Positions 37,973 through 51,935 are shown, numbered from the stretch's first letter. The stretch: DNA of 64,000 bases from Octopus sinensis (GCF_006345805.1 NC_043013.1:54498001-54562000); one strand, 5' to 3'. The notes: generated by a model not told the origin, from the sequence alone. Program-made: numbers and translations.

Positions 37973-38062
37973 GATTTCTTGAAATTCTTTTAAGTGATTT
38001 CTTGAAATTCTTTTAAGTGATTTCTTGAAATTCTTTTAAGTGATTTCTTGAAATTCTTTTAA
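37973..38062. repeat. Perfect minisatellite, 23-bp unit x about 3.9
   Basis: GATTTCTTGAAATTCTTTTAAGT starting at 37973, 37996, 38019 and 38042. Confidence 0.97.
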
Positions 38063-38218
38063 TTCTACTTGTCCTACCCCAGGAATTACATTGGACGCTG
38101 CTTCTGCTTAAATTTATTAGTATCTGATTGTTTGATATAGTTATCTAGGTTTGCTTAACACTGAGAGCTTTCTAGATACATACATGCACACACACGTGTG
38201 TGTGCGTAATATAATCAC

Positions 38219-38670
38219 TTGTATGGAGATGTGTATGCGGATGACACATGGCCAACAGAATCCAGGGCATTTGTAATTGTGATGGATATCACCAATCTAC
38301 CTGTTGCTAACGAACAGACTAAATGGATTGTTTTTATCTGTGTGTGCCCAGAACACTTATTCTATGTCAATGGAGAACAATTTCCTGGTGTGACAAACAT
38401 GGCCTTCATAGTGTACAGAGGTAAAGACTATGATAATTAGATTGTACCAGCAATAGTGTTTCTTAGGCTGCAGGAATAATATGTTCTGTGAATAAACAAA
38501 GTTCCACGAGTGCTGTAGGTTGGAAATGCATTCTCTTGTGCTGCTATCTGAAGAAAGGATATAACAGCAGCATAAAATCATCGATAAACTTTGGTATCAG
38601 TTTAAGACAAAGGACACAGGTCCATAAGGAAACCAAAATCACAAGTGAAATCCAAGAAAAACTTATGTAA
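38219..38670 (+). mobile_element. Degenerate LINE RT C-terminal fragment (probably RTE clade)
   Basis: VYADDT catalytic motif (YADD at 38234-38245), then EQTKWIVF..FYVNGEQFPGVT (resembles KTK.M.F...ING..LE.V) and GISLRQRTQVHKET (resembles ISL.TK..VYKA). Confidence 0.75.
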
Positions 38671-38703
38671 TATTTATAGCTATACTTATGTATGTGTGTG
38701 TGC

Positions 38704-38749
<46 letters not shown>

Positions 38750-38756
38750 TTATGTA

Positions 38757-38794
<38 letters not shown>

Positions 38795-38798
<4 letters not shown>

Positions 38799-39344
38799 GG
38801 TGAGTCAAAAAGTTATGCCATTTTGTTTAGGATAGGTATAATTACCAACACAGGAACACATCTAAATGAAGCTTATTATGAGTTTATTGTTGGTCCTATT
38901 GGCAACAAATTGACCAGAATGACACCTTGAGCATCCCAAAAGACAGTCACAATGATTTTTCCAGCTGACTTTTGTGTCTTGAACTTTTTTGGTGGTGGTG
39001 GTGGTGACATAGAGTGGTGCCATTCCATTGACTGCCTCTTTGATTCCGGTTCATAATGATGAACCCATGTTTCAATCAACTGTTATGACTCTTCGAAAGA
39101 AGGTGTTGTCTCTTTGACTTTGTAGTGAAGAAGTGGCTCAAAGAACAATCAACAGAATTTTACGGGGCAGGGATACATGCTCTCATTCGAAGGTGGAATG
39201 TTGCTATTGAGAGAAACGGCGACTATGTTGAGAATTAGGGATGTGATCCACAGAGGACCAGCTTCATTTTGATGTATGATACATGTTTCTGTGTTGGTAA
39301 TTATACCTGTCCTGAACAAAAGGGAATTACTTTTGACTCACCCT

Positions 39345-39346
<2 letters not shown>
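38795..39346. mobile_element. Non-autonomous mariner (Tc1/mariner, DD34D type) deletion derivative with about 60-bp TIRs and an internally inverted transposase segment
   Basis: Left end (TA)TGAGGGTGAGTCAAAAAG..GGTATAATTACCAACACAG and right end, reverse-complemented, CAAGGGTGAGTCAAAAG..GGTATAATTACCAACACAG. Minus strand 38876-39115 encodes FFRRVITVD/ETWVHHYEPESKRQSMEW..SAGKIIVTVFWDAQGVILV (one frameshift). Plus strand 39125-39238 encodes VKKWLKEQSTEFYGAGIHALIRRWNVAIERNGDYVEN*. (TA)n flanks both sides. Confidence 0.93.
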
Positions 39347-39386
<40 letters not shown>

Positions 39387-42374
39387 ATAATACTGACAGG
39401 AATTGGCTGAAGCTTGTTAAGGGAGTATGCTAAGGTTTGTTGCCCTTACTGATGTGAAACTTCACTCATTCCTAACTACCAGTTGATATTTTCTTACATG
39501 AAACCACCAAGCTGAGAAACATTTTGTTTATAGAAGCCATAATGAATCTCACCACATATCCACACCATCTCATCCATTTCTCTCCCTCCCCCCTCTCTCT
39601 CTCCCTCACTCTCTCTCTCTCTTGAACTCTTTAGTAAATATTTTAACATTTCTACTCTCTTCTTATACCCACCCCTTTTCTCTCCATCTTTTGCTATATT
39701 TCATAGCCAATGTGTCACATGTCATATTATCATACTGCATCACATGAGACACGCTTCATCGAATCTGTCCTTTTGCAAAGGAGGGGGAAAACATTTTGCT
39801 ATCGACTGAGACAATACCTCACTAAGCTTCTCCAATTATTATCATCTTACAATCTTACCATCTTCAGAATTATCAGATTCACATCTTTACCCCAATCTAT
39901 CAAAACTTCTCCTTCTCTTTGTCAATGTGTATGTGTTAACGTATACTTTACATACATACACATACTTTACATACATACATACACATACTTACATACAGTA
40001 ATACATATATATATATTATACATACATGCACACTTATATAGAGACATATGTGAGCATGTATATATATACACACACACATGCACATACATAAATAAATATA
40101 GATATATGTGTGTGTTTGTGTCCATATGTCTGATATGGTCCTACATTAAAACAAAGAAAAGATGATAAAATATCTTGTCAGGAAGTGTAGTATAGAAAGT
40201 TGAGGTAAAAAATATATTCAATGTTTGTGTGTGTGCACGAGTGTGCATGTGTGTGTGTGTGTGTGCTTTAATGATTGAAGAAGAAGTAAAGGAAGAGAGA
40301 TAAGGGAAATGGTGTTTTGCAACCAATATTGAATTCCTCGTAGCGACATTTCATCTGGAACAGCAATATCAGTAACAATAGATGAAAGAAGTTTGCCATA
40401 AACAAAAAAATATATAAACTAATAAATAAATGAATAAAAAAGAAAAAGTCATTTCTAAGAAATGTTGTTTGTTGTATGAGAGCCGATCCAAGACAAACAG
40501 TTATAGTTTTGTTTCATGTTTGGAGGAAAGTTTTGTGTGTTGAAAATAATTTAGATTTGTCATAGGAATCTCTTATGTACATTTGACAAGCTGTTATATG
40601 TTATTGATTATTATCAAAAAGTATTATAAATATTGAACCACACAACAGAATCTCTCTTGTTTTTGTGTTTTGCTTTTCCATTTTTTGCTTTTTGTTTTTC
40701 TTGGTTTACAGCATTTCTTCGTCGTTGTTGCTTTTAGAACTGAATCTTTTATCCAACCATCATCCCTCTTGTGCTTCAACTGTTTTGACATTTTCTGTAA
40801 ATTCTTGTACCTTTTATTCTTTCTCAGTTGATAGGCTCCAGCTTTGGAGGGAGTCACCGACTTACCCCACCTTAAATCTTATTTCGCATAGAATTAATCC
40901 TCATCTGATTCCTTCTTTTCACCATAACATTCTCTATTCACTCACATTCAACTTTTCTTCAAACATATCAAACTGCACTCAACACGCATCGAAAGTTTCT
41001 GTAAACAGGAACCTTCCTAAAACTCCAATCATCTGAATTATACACAGAAACAACACATAATCTCTCTTTTATCAGTTTTCTTTCAGCTAAGTTTTAAACG
41101 AAAAATAGTGTGAATAAAATCACCTCTACATTTGCAAATAAATTCGTTTATATTCTAGAAATATATAGATACACACACACATATGCACACCTGGTTACTT
41201 TCCTTCACTATTCCCTGTTTTCATTAACACACCTATATATTGTGTTGCATTCATTGTGTTGCATTCATTGTCAGTTTCAATTAAACACAGAGAATATAAA
41301 ACTCTCGTTTTTTTTCCATTTTACTTCTGTCATGTCTACCCTGAAGAAGAACTTTCTCCAAAACGTCAGAAACTTCAGTACCCATGGTATTATTTCTTTA
41401 ATGCTTCTGTCACTTTTTGCAGATATGCAAACGTTAAATTAGTGATGACAAACATGAGAAAGAGTTTGATTTACAGATACGTCTGGCATAAAATCTGGTG
41501 TTTGGTCAGTCATACTGCCCTCTTGTTAATATTCTGCCTTCCTTAACAACTGAAGAATACAGCAGACTTGCTCCACTTGTAAGAAACCCAAGGTTTTGAC
41601 TAAGGTATTGGCTATAATTTAAATAATAAAAAAATTATATGTGCACATGCTCACTAATATATATAATTATATATATATATACACACACACACATAGATAT
41701 AGATATATATGTACACACATACACATATATATTTGTGTCCCTGGTAGATACTATATCAATATCTTTATAATTGTGGTCTTGAAGCACCAGGCAAATTGCA
41801 GAAGGCACAGCACTTCACTTATTTTTATCTCCATCTCATGAATATAAGTGGCAGCTTCTTTATAAATAATCTTTGATTACAATAGCGTAAACATATCTAT
41901 AATGTCTGAAGCATTGATCAGAGTAATTGTAGCTGAAATGTTGTGTCTACGGGCCTCAATGTGTTGTCGTCACAAAATGACTGCTAAGACAGATCAACTA
42001 ATGAATATGTATGTGTACCGAAGAACTGTCGAGTTGTGTTGCATGTGTGTGAATGTGGGTATTCAGCAGGGAGACATCGAGTGGGGGAATAATGAGCAAG
42101 TCAATTATTCAAATGTGACACAAATGGAAAATTATGTTTGTATGAGTGTGGATGGGTGTAGGGGTAGACATTGAACTCCATGCATTTTTGATATGTGTGT
42201 GTATATGGAAAATTATAAGATTATAAGCGTGCCTTGAGAACTTAAAAGTACTCTGACTTATGTGGCAAGAATTGATCAGTTCATATAAAATAACAATAAA
42301 AATTCATCCTATATTGTGTGCTTTTTAAGCAGATTTAATGGGAAAACAAGACTCTGTGTGTGTGTGTGTTGCAG

Positions 42375-42494
42375 AATGGTAGAAACAGGAGCAGAGAATC
42401 ACCAAGGTTATGAAGAGACACTAAAAGAGTCACCAAAACACTTAGACAATACTTATTGGGGCAATTCTTTTACAATCAACATTTTATTTTCTTG
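42375..42494 (+). CDS. Candidate 120-nt symmetric exon
   Basis: ttgcAG after (TG)n; donor TTG/GTGAGC; phase 2 to 2; MVETGAENHQGYEETLKESPKHLDNTYWGNSFTINILFS. Confidence 0.2.
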
Positions 42495-42653
42495 GTGAGC
42501 AGAGGAAAAGATGGGTCCCTTATTAAAAAGTTATCCCTTATTAAAAAGTTGGTAACTGAACATGTGAATAGTATGTGTGTGTGTGTGTGTGTGTGTGTGG
42601 ATATTAGTGGGTATGAGTGAATCGTTGTGTGTGTATGTGCATATGCCAGTTAT

Positions 42654-42707
<54 letters not shown>

Positions 42708-43061
42708 ATGCATGTGCAAAGGCCATTACTGAAGAGCTAATATATCGTAGCTTTTGGCAATATATTCAGCCAGAATTTAATTACAGAACAAAATAAAAGT
42801 GTATAAGACTTACACTTTATTCAAATATTCTTCAGAATATGGTTAATTTGTTAATGTATGCAGGTCTGTGTATGTGTGAGTTTGTGTTTGTTTCTGAGAA
42901 TGTACAAATGTGTCTATGAAAGCATTTCACTCACATGTGAATAAGCACACACACACACATATATGATTATGAGAGTGATAACCCTCTTCTGCGTATATGC
43001 ATGTGTGTATATATTTATATATATATATATGCATATATACATATGTATATATATACATATG

Positions 43062-43099
<38 letters not shown>

Positions 43100-43670
43100 T
43101 GTGCATATATACATATGTATATATATATGCATATATACATATGTATATATATACATGTACATATATATACATATGTATGTATATACACACACCCGCATAA
43201 AAGTATTTGTTTATATGTCTATTCCTTGAAGCCTTGGTGAGATTCCAAGCCAGTGTTGTATGACTAATGTGAATATTAACTATTTACTATGTGTTTAGGG
43301 CAGTCTTTATTGCGTGCCTCTCCTACAGAAACTGAGAAGACAATTTTGCTAACGATACAATAATATGACGCTGGAAGCTCAATGATAATCTAAATTGCTC
43401 AATGACAGACAAGAATACGACCAGCAAATGGAGGCTCTACACTTTATTATTTTTAACTCTTTTCTTTCCTTCACAGTTTTTTTAGTTCTAAGAAGATATT
43501 CTGCAGAGAATTTGTTTCCTGACCTGGATATTGTCAGAGTAATTTGTCTGTGGTCTCTTTCATAAAGTGGACTTCTGAACAGGTAGAGAAGCAGGCAGGA
43601 AGATATATTCATCATCATCACCAACATCACCACTATTCAATGTCTGACTATGTACTGATATGGATTCGAT

Positions 43671-43974
43671 CAGTGGCTCCCAATTGGGCAGTACTGCCCC
43701 CTTGGAGGGGTGTGGTGGGAAGATCCAGGAGGGCGTTGATGAAAAGTGGCATGATAATAGGAGTGCCAAAATGGGGTGATAGATGTAAAAAACAAAATAT
43801 TAATAAGTGAATTAGGTTTAAGTTTTATTTGTGAAATACAATTGTTTTGAATTGACAGCAGAAAATGGTCTGTATTTGGAGAGAGGTGTGTGGTGGTGGG
43901 GGGGGAGGGGCAGTGCTAGTAATGTGACCTGGGTATCAAGGAAGCAGCAGCCCGAAAATGTTTGGGAACTACTG
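43671..43974. mobile_element. hAT-type MITE
   Basis: Left TIR CAGTGGCTCCCAA; right TIR reverse-complemented CAGTAGTTCCCAA. 8-bp flanks GATTCGAT (43663-43670) and GATTAGAT (43975-43982) match 7/8, as expected for a hAT TSD. Confidence 0.8.
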
Positions 43975-44755
43975 GATTAGATGGTTTGTAGGGTGTGATG
44001 AGGTGAAGAACCGCATCATGCTTCACTCGAGCTGGACACCCATCCAAATGCCATCTACATGGTCTCTCTCTTTCTTTCAACATTCTGATTTCAAATCTTG
44101 CAATCATCAACTTTACTTGTCATCCTTCTCGGGGTGATAATCCTTAGTGCAGGGATTAATATATTTGACTCATCCTTTCCTTGTCATTATGCAAAATATC
44201 CTCATAATAAATGCAGTAGATTAAAAAAAGAAACCTTTTCTTCTGGAGAATTTCTGTTCAAATGTTGGTGACTTTTTACTTTGCATCAATTCTGGGAAGG
44301 GTGGGTGGGTTTTGCAACAAAGAAAAATTATGGTCATGCATTTGGCTCAAGAAGTTAAACAGTTCACTCTCACAGATTCTGGGATCTTGTATTTTCAGAA
44401 CCATTAGAACAACAAATAAAATGTCTTGCAGTGTTTCTACTGGCTCAGTTCAAATCCCATCAAGGCCAACTTAGCTTTTCAAGTCTCAGGGGTTGATTAG
44501 ATAAAACACAAGCCATGCAATGGAGTCAGTGGACTTGCCTAATCCTCTCTCCTTCAAAATTATTGGAGTTGTTCCTAAATCAGAAACCATTTTTTCTATT
44601 ATTATTATATTAAGGGACAAATTCATCCTTACGGGGTTGATAAAATAAGTACCAGTTGAACACTGAGGCTGATGTAATTGATTCATCCCCTCCCCCAAAA
44701 CTGCTGCCCTTGTGGCAAAATTTGAAGCCATTATTATTATTATTATTATTAGTTA

Positions 44756-44791
<36 letters not shown>

Positions 44792-45895
44792 CAGCAGCAG
44801 CAGCAGCAGTAGTAGTTGTTGTTGTTGTAGTAACTTATTTATCCATTTTCTTACTGGAACTGTTGAATAGCTTTTAAGATAAGGTTATGAGTCACGACTT
44901 GACAGCTCCCCATTATAGCCAGCCGAATGCTTTAGATAAGATCTACTACCAACAAACATGAATATGGAAAGTTCTCTGTAATTTCTCACATAAGAAAAAG
45001 AAAGCTTATCACAAAAGACAACACAATCAAAAGATCTCTGCCCCACCCCCACCTTATGCGTAAACACCTCTTTTGAAAGTCAAAATTATTTCTGATCGTA
45101 TCTTCAAGATAAATACTAAAGTCATCTTGGGAGAAAAAAAATTACACCATATCAAAAAAGAAAAATGTCTCCAGATTTGATCTTGAGCTGTCTAAAGAAC
45201 TGGTGTAATCCCATAATACCTAAGATGTTGATTTGACTAAATCATCTGTAAGATGAGTGGTGAAAATTTAGACATGAACTGGGGTGCTGAATTGAGGGTG
45301 CCACCCTTAATTATTTACTTACATTCCTCCAGTGCACAGCTTTATTTATTTAAGGCTACCCAACGAAACATACATTTGCAATAAAGATTATGTCCTCTCC
45401 AGAGGATAAAACTTATCTGCTCTATTTTTCATGCTAAGGAAACGGCAGGTAAAAGTAATATATTACATTGTCACTGAAGTCCAGGAAAGAAATTAAATAA
45501 GTCAGAAAGAGGAAAATATAAAGGAGGGAGGAGGCACTTCATTGGGAATACTGAAAGATAATTATAATCTATTTATGTATTTTGTTGAATATATTAAGAA
45601 GACTTGTTTGTGGGCCCTGAGTTCAAATCTGTGGCAGGCGATTTGTTGTGCTTCTGGGCATAACACATAACTCTAACTTACTTTAGTTGCCTGTTATAAA
45701 AATGGTTTATTTCTCATATGATGAACATTGTTGAAACTAAGGTTGGGTTCGGCCTAAGATTTGTGAAATAATTCACAGGCAGATACAGTTTCATGTGTGT
45801 GTGTATGTGTGTGTGTGCATATATATATGTCTGTGAATGAATAAGTATGAATATATATAAACTGGCAATATGACCATTCCGAAATATAACAATAT

Positions 45896-46030
<135 letters not shown>

Positions 46031-46679
46031 GGTTGAACAGTTTGACTGTCCAACCCAACCCAGCATGGAAAAAGGATGTAAAATGATGATGATACACACA
46101 CATGTATGTGTGTGTATGTATGTTTATATGTGTGTCTTTGTCCCCCACCCCTTGTCAACCAGTGTTATTTTGTTCATAAGTCCATGACTGAGTGGTTCAA
46201 CAAAATAATCTGATAGAATGTGTAGCAAACTTAGAAGTACAGGAGTTGATTTGTTTGACTAAACCCCTAAAGGTGGCGCCCCGGTATGACTGCTGTCTAA
46301 TGACTGTAACAAGGAAACAGTAACAGAAAAAAAAAACAATTGTGCTGCTTCGACATGGACACTTTATCTGCTAGAAATAGCAGTTAAAATGGGTTCCCAT
46401 AGAGTTAGCCAGTACACTTCTGTGAAGTGGTTCATTCAAAGTAGTGAGAAAAAGAAAACAAAAACAAAAACAATGACTGAGGATCACAATTAGTTCGTTA
46501 TTTAGTAGATTGCGCCTACTTCTATTTAGAATAACTGTTTTTAATGAAGAGGCAACAAAAAAGCCATCCACAGGTAGTTATATGACACCATTAAATGGTA
46601 ATCATTAAAATGAACTGACAAGATCTAGTCAGATGTTTATTGCTCTATTAATCTGGTTTTCTCTCCCAACAACCTACAA

Positions 46680-46682
<3 letters not shown>

Positions 46683-46743
<61 letters not shown>
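46683..46743. repeat. (TG)n microsatellite
   Basis: Direct inspection. Other (CA/TG)n tracts lie at 30940-30990, 34500-34575 and 42660-42705. Confidence 0.95.
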
Positions 46744-46744
<1 letters not shown>

Positions 46745-47623
46745 TGGTGGGGGCTAGGAGCTGAAAGTGAGTAAATTGTGTAAAACAGATAATCAATTAG
46801 TAAGGTGAGTTAGCATAATGTAGCTGTGTGTCTGTGGCACGTGTGTGTGTGTGTGCAAGTATGTTTGTGTGTACTTATGCACAAACATATACAAATAGGT
46901 ATGTGTACAAGTAGACATAGATTCACAAGCACACACTCTCACATACACATTATTATTATTATCCTTATCATTATTATTATTACCATTATCATTATTAGTA
47001 GTAGTAATAGTAGTAGTAGTAAGAGGAGGTTACACAGCATTCTTTTTATCCACCTTCTGCAAAAATGGCTGGCATGAAGAAAATCGTCCAACTGTAAAAT
47101 TCCTCTGTCAACAACCAAACTTGTGTAAATTATGCAAGGATGGGAAATGGATAATGATGAAGGTGGTAGGAATGGTGGTGGAGACAGCAGGAGCAATGAT
47201 GGTTGTGGTGATGTTGGTGGTGGTAGGAGCAATGGTGCTGGTGGTGGTTGTAGTGACAGGGATGCTGGCAACAATGCCGTTGGTAATGGTGGTAGCAATG
47301 AAGATGTCGGTGGCAGTAGTGATAAAGGTAGTTGATGATTGTGATGACGGTGACAGTTATAACATGGCTGACATTATATGTTGCTCACACTGACCCTGGG
47401 CCTTTAATGAGTAAGATCTTATTACAACAACAGCAACAATACTGATTGCTGTAACACAAAGATTAATACGTTTAAAAAGCGTTAACACAAACAATTACAC
47501 ATTATTTAAAAAGATATAAAAATAATTATTTGTCAATATAATTCCTCTAATTGTCTTTATTGTAATTAACTAATTATTTCCATGGTTGTCTTTTCTTTCT
47601 GTTCAAAATTCCATCTGATTCAG

Positions 47624-47791
47624 TTCCGTGGCAGTGTTACCAGATCTGTTATGTCTTGGAGCAGTTTTAAATGAACAGAAGCTTCCTATCATAGAAAATA
47701 TCCGTTCCTGTCCCTCTGTTTCGTTTCAGTTTCTTGACACTTGGCATGAAGACACCTCCCTCTCTACACTAGACCTTATCACTCAGTCGAG
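47624..47791 (+). CDS. Candidate 168-nt symmetric exon
   Basis: Acceptor ttgtcttttctttctgttc..ttcAG; donor GAG/GTGTGT; open in phase 2; SVAVLPDLLCLGAVLNEQKLPIIENIRSCPSVSFQFLDTWHEDTSLSTLDLITQS. Confidence 0.27.
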
Positions 47792-47849
47792 GTGTGTACA
47801 TATATATGTATGTGTGTGGGTGGGTGGATGCTTGGCTTGTGAGGGACTT

Positions 47850-48052
47850 GGCAACTTCAATAGTGTTGGTGCTGCATTGCATCCATCACATTCTGTAAAT
47901 TGGTTGGCACTTGGAAAGGCATCCAGCTGTAGGAACCAATGCCAGAGCAAGCTTTAGAGCTCCACTCATTCTCTGGTGTGTCTGATCCTATCAAACAGTC
48001 CAAGTCATGCCAGCATGGATAATGGCTATCAAATGATGATGATGATGATGAT
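47850..48052 (+). mobile_element. RTE 3'-UTR-type repeat
   Basis: TTGGCACTTGGAAAGGCATCCAGCTGTAG..CATGCCAGCATGGA plus (GAT)n. Confidence 0.7.
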
Positions 48053-49420
48053 ATTGGTTTTTATATCTCTAAATTGGAGTCTGCACCTTGACTGTTGGAT
48101 TGCAGTGAGCAACGAGTGGAATTCTCTTTGTAAAAGGACTTGTTCCTAACTTCAAAGTACTTATTTGTCAGGAATCAATCAGAAAAGGACAGCAAAATCA
48201 TTAAGACAGTCACAGTCTTCCAAAATGTCCAGCTGAGTAAATAAATAAATGTTGGTTGTTCTTATTTCAGCTGTGAATTTGAAGAATTTCTGAATTTAAG
48301 TTACTTTTACAATTTACTAAAGACCACCAATTCCAAAATAATAACAACAATTACTACTACTACGACTACTACTACTGCCATTATTATTGTTACCATTATT
48401 ATTGTTGTTGTTGTTACTGTTCAACTGTATTGACAGACTGCCTTCAATTGAAGAAATTGAAAGAGTGATGTTGGGATAAATGAGAAGTTATTAATCATGT
48501 ACGGAGCCAATAAGAGCCATTCTATAGTAATGGATATTTGATGGATTTTGAAAGGTATTGTCAATATTTCATTGCAAACATCGTGCTCACAATAGCTTAG
48601 GGGGAAACCATTTAATATCTATTTATTATAAAGTGAATAGCAATTTCTATTCGATATATTTACTTTACAATTTAGAATATATTTTTTTGTTTGTTGCATT
48701 TTTTACAGTAGCTAACAGGAATTTTTCTGAAGAAAGATATAATAAATAAACAAAATAAAAGAATCATACCATCAAGAAATGGAACTACAACAAAATTTCT
48801 GTAATTTAGATTCCATTAAGAAAATAAAATCGTAAAAGAAGTTAATTCTTTTCACAAGGAAAATTAAACCTTTCGTATTTTATCAATTACTCATTTCTAA
48901 CAGTTTCTAAGTAGACACCTAAACATATATTTTATATTAAACAGATTCTTAAACTTGATCGCTTTCTTAATGCTTCTATTTATTTATTTTATGAATTTAT
49001 TATTATTGTTGTTATTTATTATTATTATTGTTATTGTTGTTTTTAGTATTATTATTTTGTTCTATGTTTTGTTTTGTTTTTCTCGACTGGTGCTCTTAAT
49101 ATTTTATTTCCCAAAACGGAAATTATAGCAAGCACCGTGGCTAAGAAGTTAAAGTATTGAATTAAAAGCTGCAAAGTTGTTCAGATCTTGTGTCTGGTGT
49201 AGTGTTGCAATTATTGTTATTGCCTTCACTAAACCTACCTGAAAATGGAGATCAGTCTACTAAAACAAGTTAGATGCTATTAAGGAGTGCATCGACTTGT
49301 AAAGAATATTATTTTTCAGTTCATGTGAAATAACATTTTCAAATCTATTTAATATATGCCACCATTGTACTCGACTGTCAGTCAATAAAAGAAGAGAGAC
49401 AGTATAAATTTCCTTCACCG

Positions 49421-49434
49421 GTCTCCTAGGCAAC
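49421..49434. promoter_or_regulatory. RFX X-box-like motif
   Basis: GTCTCCTAGGCAAC fits the X-box pattern with a perfect GGCAAC half-site; TATAAA at 49403 and an ATG at 49437. Confidence 0.35.
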
Positions 49435-51749
49435 AGATGGGCTTGATGTGGTATAAGCTCAGCTTGCACACCTGCCAATCACCATCTGCAAAAGCACCAC
49501 AGGAGAGAAGGGAGTTTCAGAGGGAGCCTGTTCTGGAAAGAAGAATTGGACAAGATTTTATAATGCAGGGCCCGAGAAATAAGATACAGAATGGGCTGCG
49601 CAGGGAGAAGATAACTGATTGGCTTCTTGGGTCTCCACTCAAGCTCCATCTGTCCAACTAGAGAGAACAACATGGCAAAATTTCAATAACAGAAACGATA
49701 GCAACTTCATCTCCTTCTCCCTCTCTCTCTCCCCACCACCCCTTCCCCCTCTCCCCCGTCTTATTTATTACTAGAAACATTTTCTTATATGATAATGAGA
49801 TCCTCTTATTTAACTGTTAATGATCACTATAAACACAAATGTACTTGTGTGTATGTGTTTATATGTGGGTGTATGTGTACCTGCATGCATGTGTGTATGT
49901 CATAATAATAATAATAATAAATTTTTCGCTGTGAAAACAACATCTATCCATGAATTTATTTATTAATTTTTAAATACATATTTTACCTGTGAATTTGCGT
50001 GTGTAATCTGGGAATGCATACAATGAGCTTCTCCGCACTAGGTATAAGGAAAACACTCGGCGAGAAACGGAAGAAAATTTGAAGAAAGAAGGAAAAAATA
50101 ATAATAATGATAATAATAATAATTAATTCCTTCAATTTTTGGCACAAGGCCAGTAGTTTTAGGGAAAGGGTTAAGTCAATCAGGCTGACATCACTGATTG
50201 GTTTGTACTCATTTTATCAACCCTGAATGGATGGAGGGCAAAGTTGGCCTTAAGGCAATTTCCTGTATATCAAATACATCAGAAGTGACAAACACATCTA
50301 GGCAAATGGCTGGCTGTGAGAAGATGCCACTGAGAAGAACCAGAAAAGCCAGAAATGCATCTGGCATTCCAGTTAACTGCTGCTGCTGGAATGATTATCC
50401 TCACTCTCTGGTACATACATAATGTTTGAAATAAAGCAAATCCATAAAAAATGCTATCTCTGGATGAAAACCACAGTTAATTGCCTTTTAATGATGTATT
50501 TACATTGGGTATGACGTGTAGATGCCTGTTTAATACTTTCTGTACCATAGAGCAAATGGATATATGTTCATATATGTATATATTTATCCATCTTCCCTGC
50601 ACTCTCTCTCTCTATGCATGTGTGTGTATATATATATATTACACACACACACACACACAATTATATATTCATATGTATTTATAGATGTTTTCTCTCTCTC
50701 CATCTGTATATACGTATGTATGTATGTATAATTTCGATACACAAAACCTAGCTTCCTCCATACACGCTGATATCCAATCTAAAGATGTGCCTTGTTCAAT
50801 TCGTCCAACAAATATATTTCTGCTGAAATTGCTTTCCACTTGTGATCCATATGCAGGGGAAACTTATTAGGTCCTTGTTGTTGTTTCCTGTAATTCACTG
50901 CACTATGAACTTGCATTCTGAAAGAGACGCACTAAGCTTATGCATTGGAATAGTTCTCTTACCATATTCCTCACTCTCTCTCTCTCTCCCTTTCTCTCTT
51001 TTTTTATAATAATATTTGGTGATATCCCGGTAAAAAACAAAACATATAATAACATAATATATGACTGTCATGTAAGGTTTATAAGCAATAAAAATACTAA
51101 GTCAAATAAATGCTGAACTTAGCAAACAAGGTAAAGAAATAAGAAATAAGGAAATCATATGTAAATAAAATGAAATGAAATAAGATAAATAAAACAAACA
51201 CAGCCTACTTGTTAGAAAATAAAAGAAATATTATAAAATATATTTGGAAAGAAAACTGTTGGAAAATCAAAAGAAATATACTGTCCAATATAATTTAGCT
51301 GCAGAAGTTCCTGAGATATCTGAAACAAACCTGATTTGGTGTGTCAATGTGTGTGTGTGTGTGTGTGGTGTGCGCGCACATGTGTGTGTGTGTGTGTGTG
51401 TGTTAGTCTGTGCATTTACAAGATTAAATTTTTGGAAGAAGACGACACAGCAAGTGGTGTGAAAATAAATATTCCAGCTCGCTGCTTTCAATGTAAGAAT
51501 TCCAATGTCATATTTTGAGAATCTCAGAGATGGTGCCAATACCAGTTATATACTGTGAGCTGATCGGTGAGTAGGATTAACAAGGAGGCAGTCATCAGGA
51601 AAAGGTTTGATAAAAGCTGGCTGATTCCAGACATTTTCTTACATCTGTCTTTATATATTGTTTTATCAAGACATTAGTTGTCATATAAGCACTATTAAAC
51701 CGTCTGTTTGTTGGATGTCGAAGAAGATAAATAGATTATAATGGTAATA

Positions 51750-51935
51750 ATCCTTACAACTCTACGCACAAAGTGTAGAATTTGTGGAGATGGGGGTTGG
51801 TCAACTGGTGCATATTTTATCAACCCTGAAAAGATGAAAAGCAAAGTTGACCTCAGCAGAATTTGAACTCAGAACATAAAAATAGATGAAATGCTGCAAA
51901 ACATTTCATCTGATGCAGTAATGATTCTGCTGTCT
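51750..51935 (-). mobile_element. SINE family A
   Basis: GATGAAAAGCAAAGTTGACCTCAGCAGAATTTGAACTCAGAAC. Confidence 0.75.
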
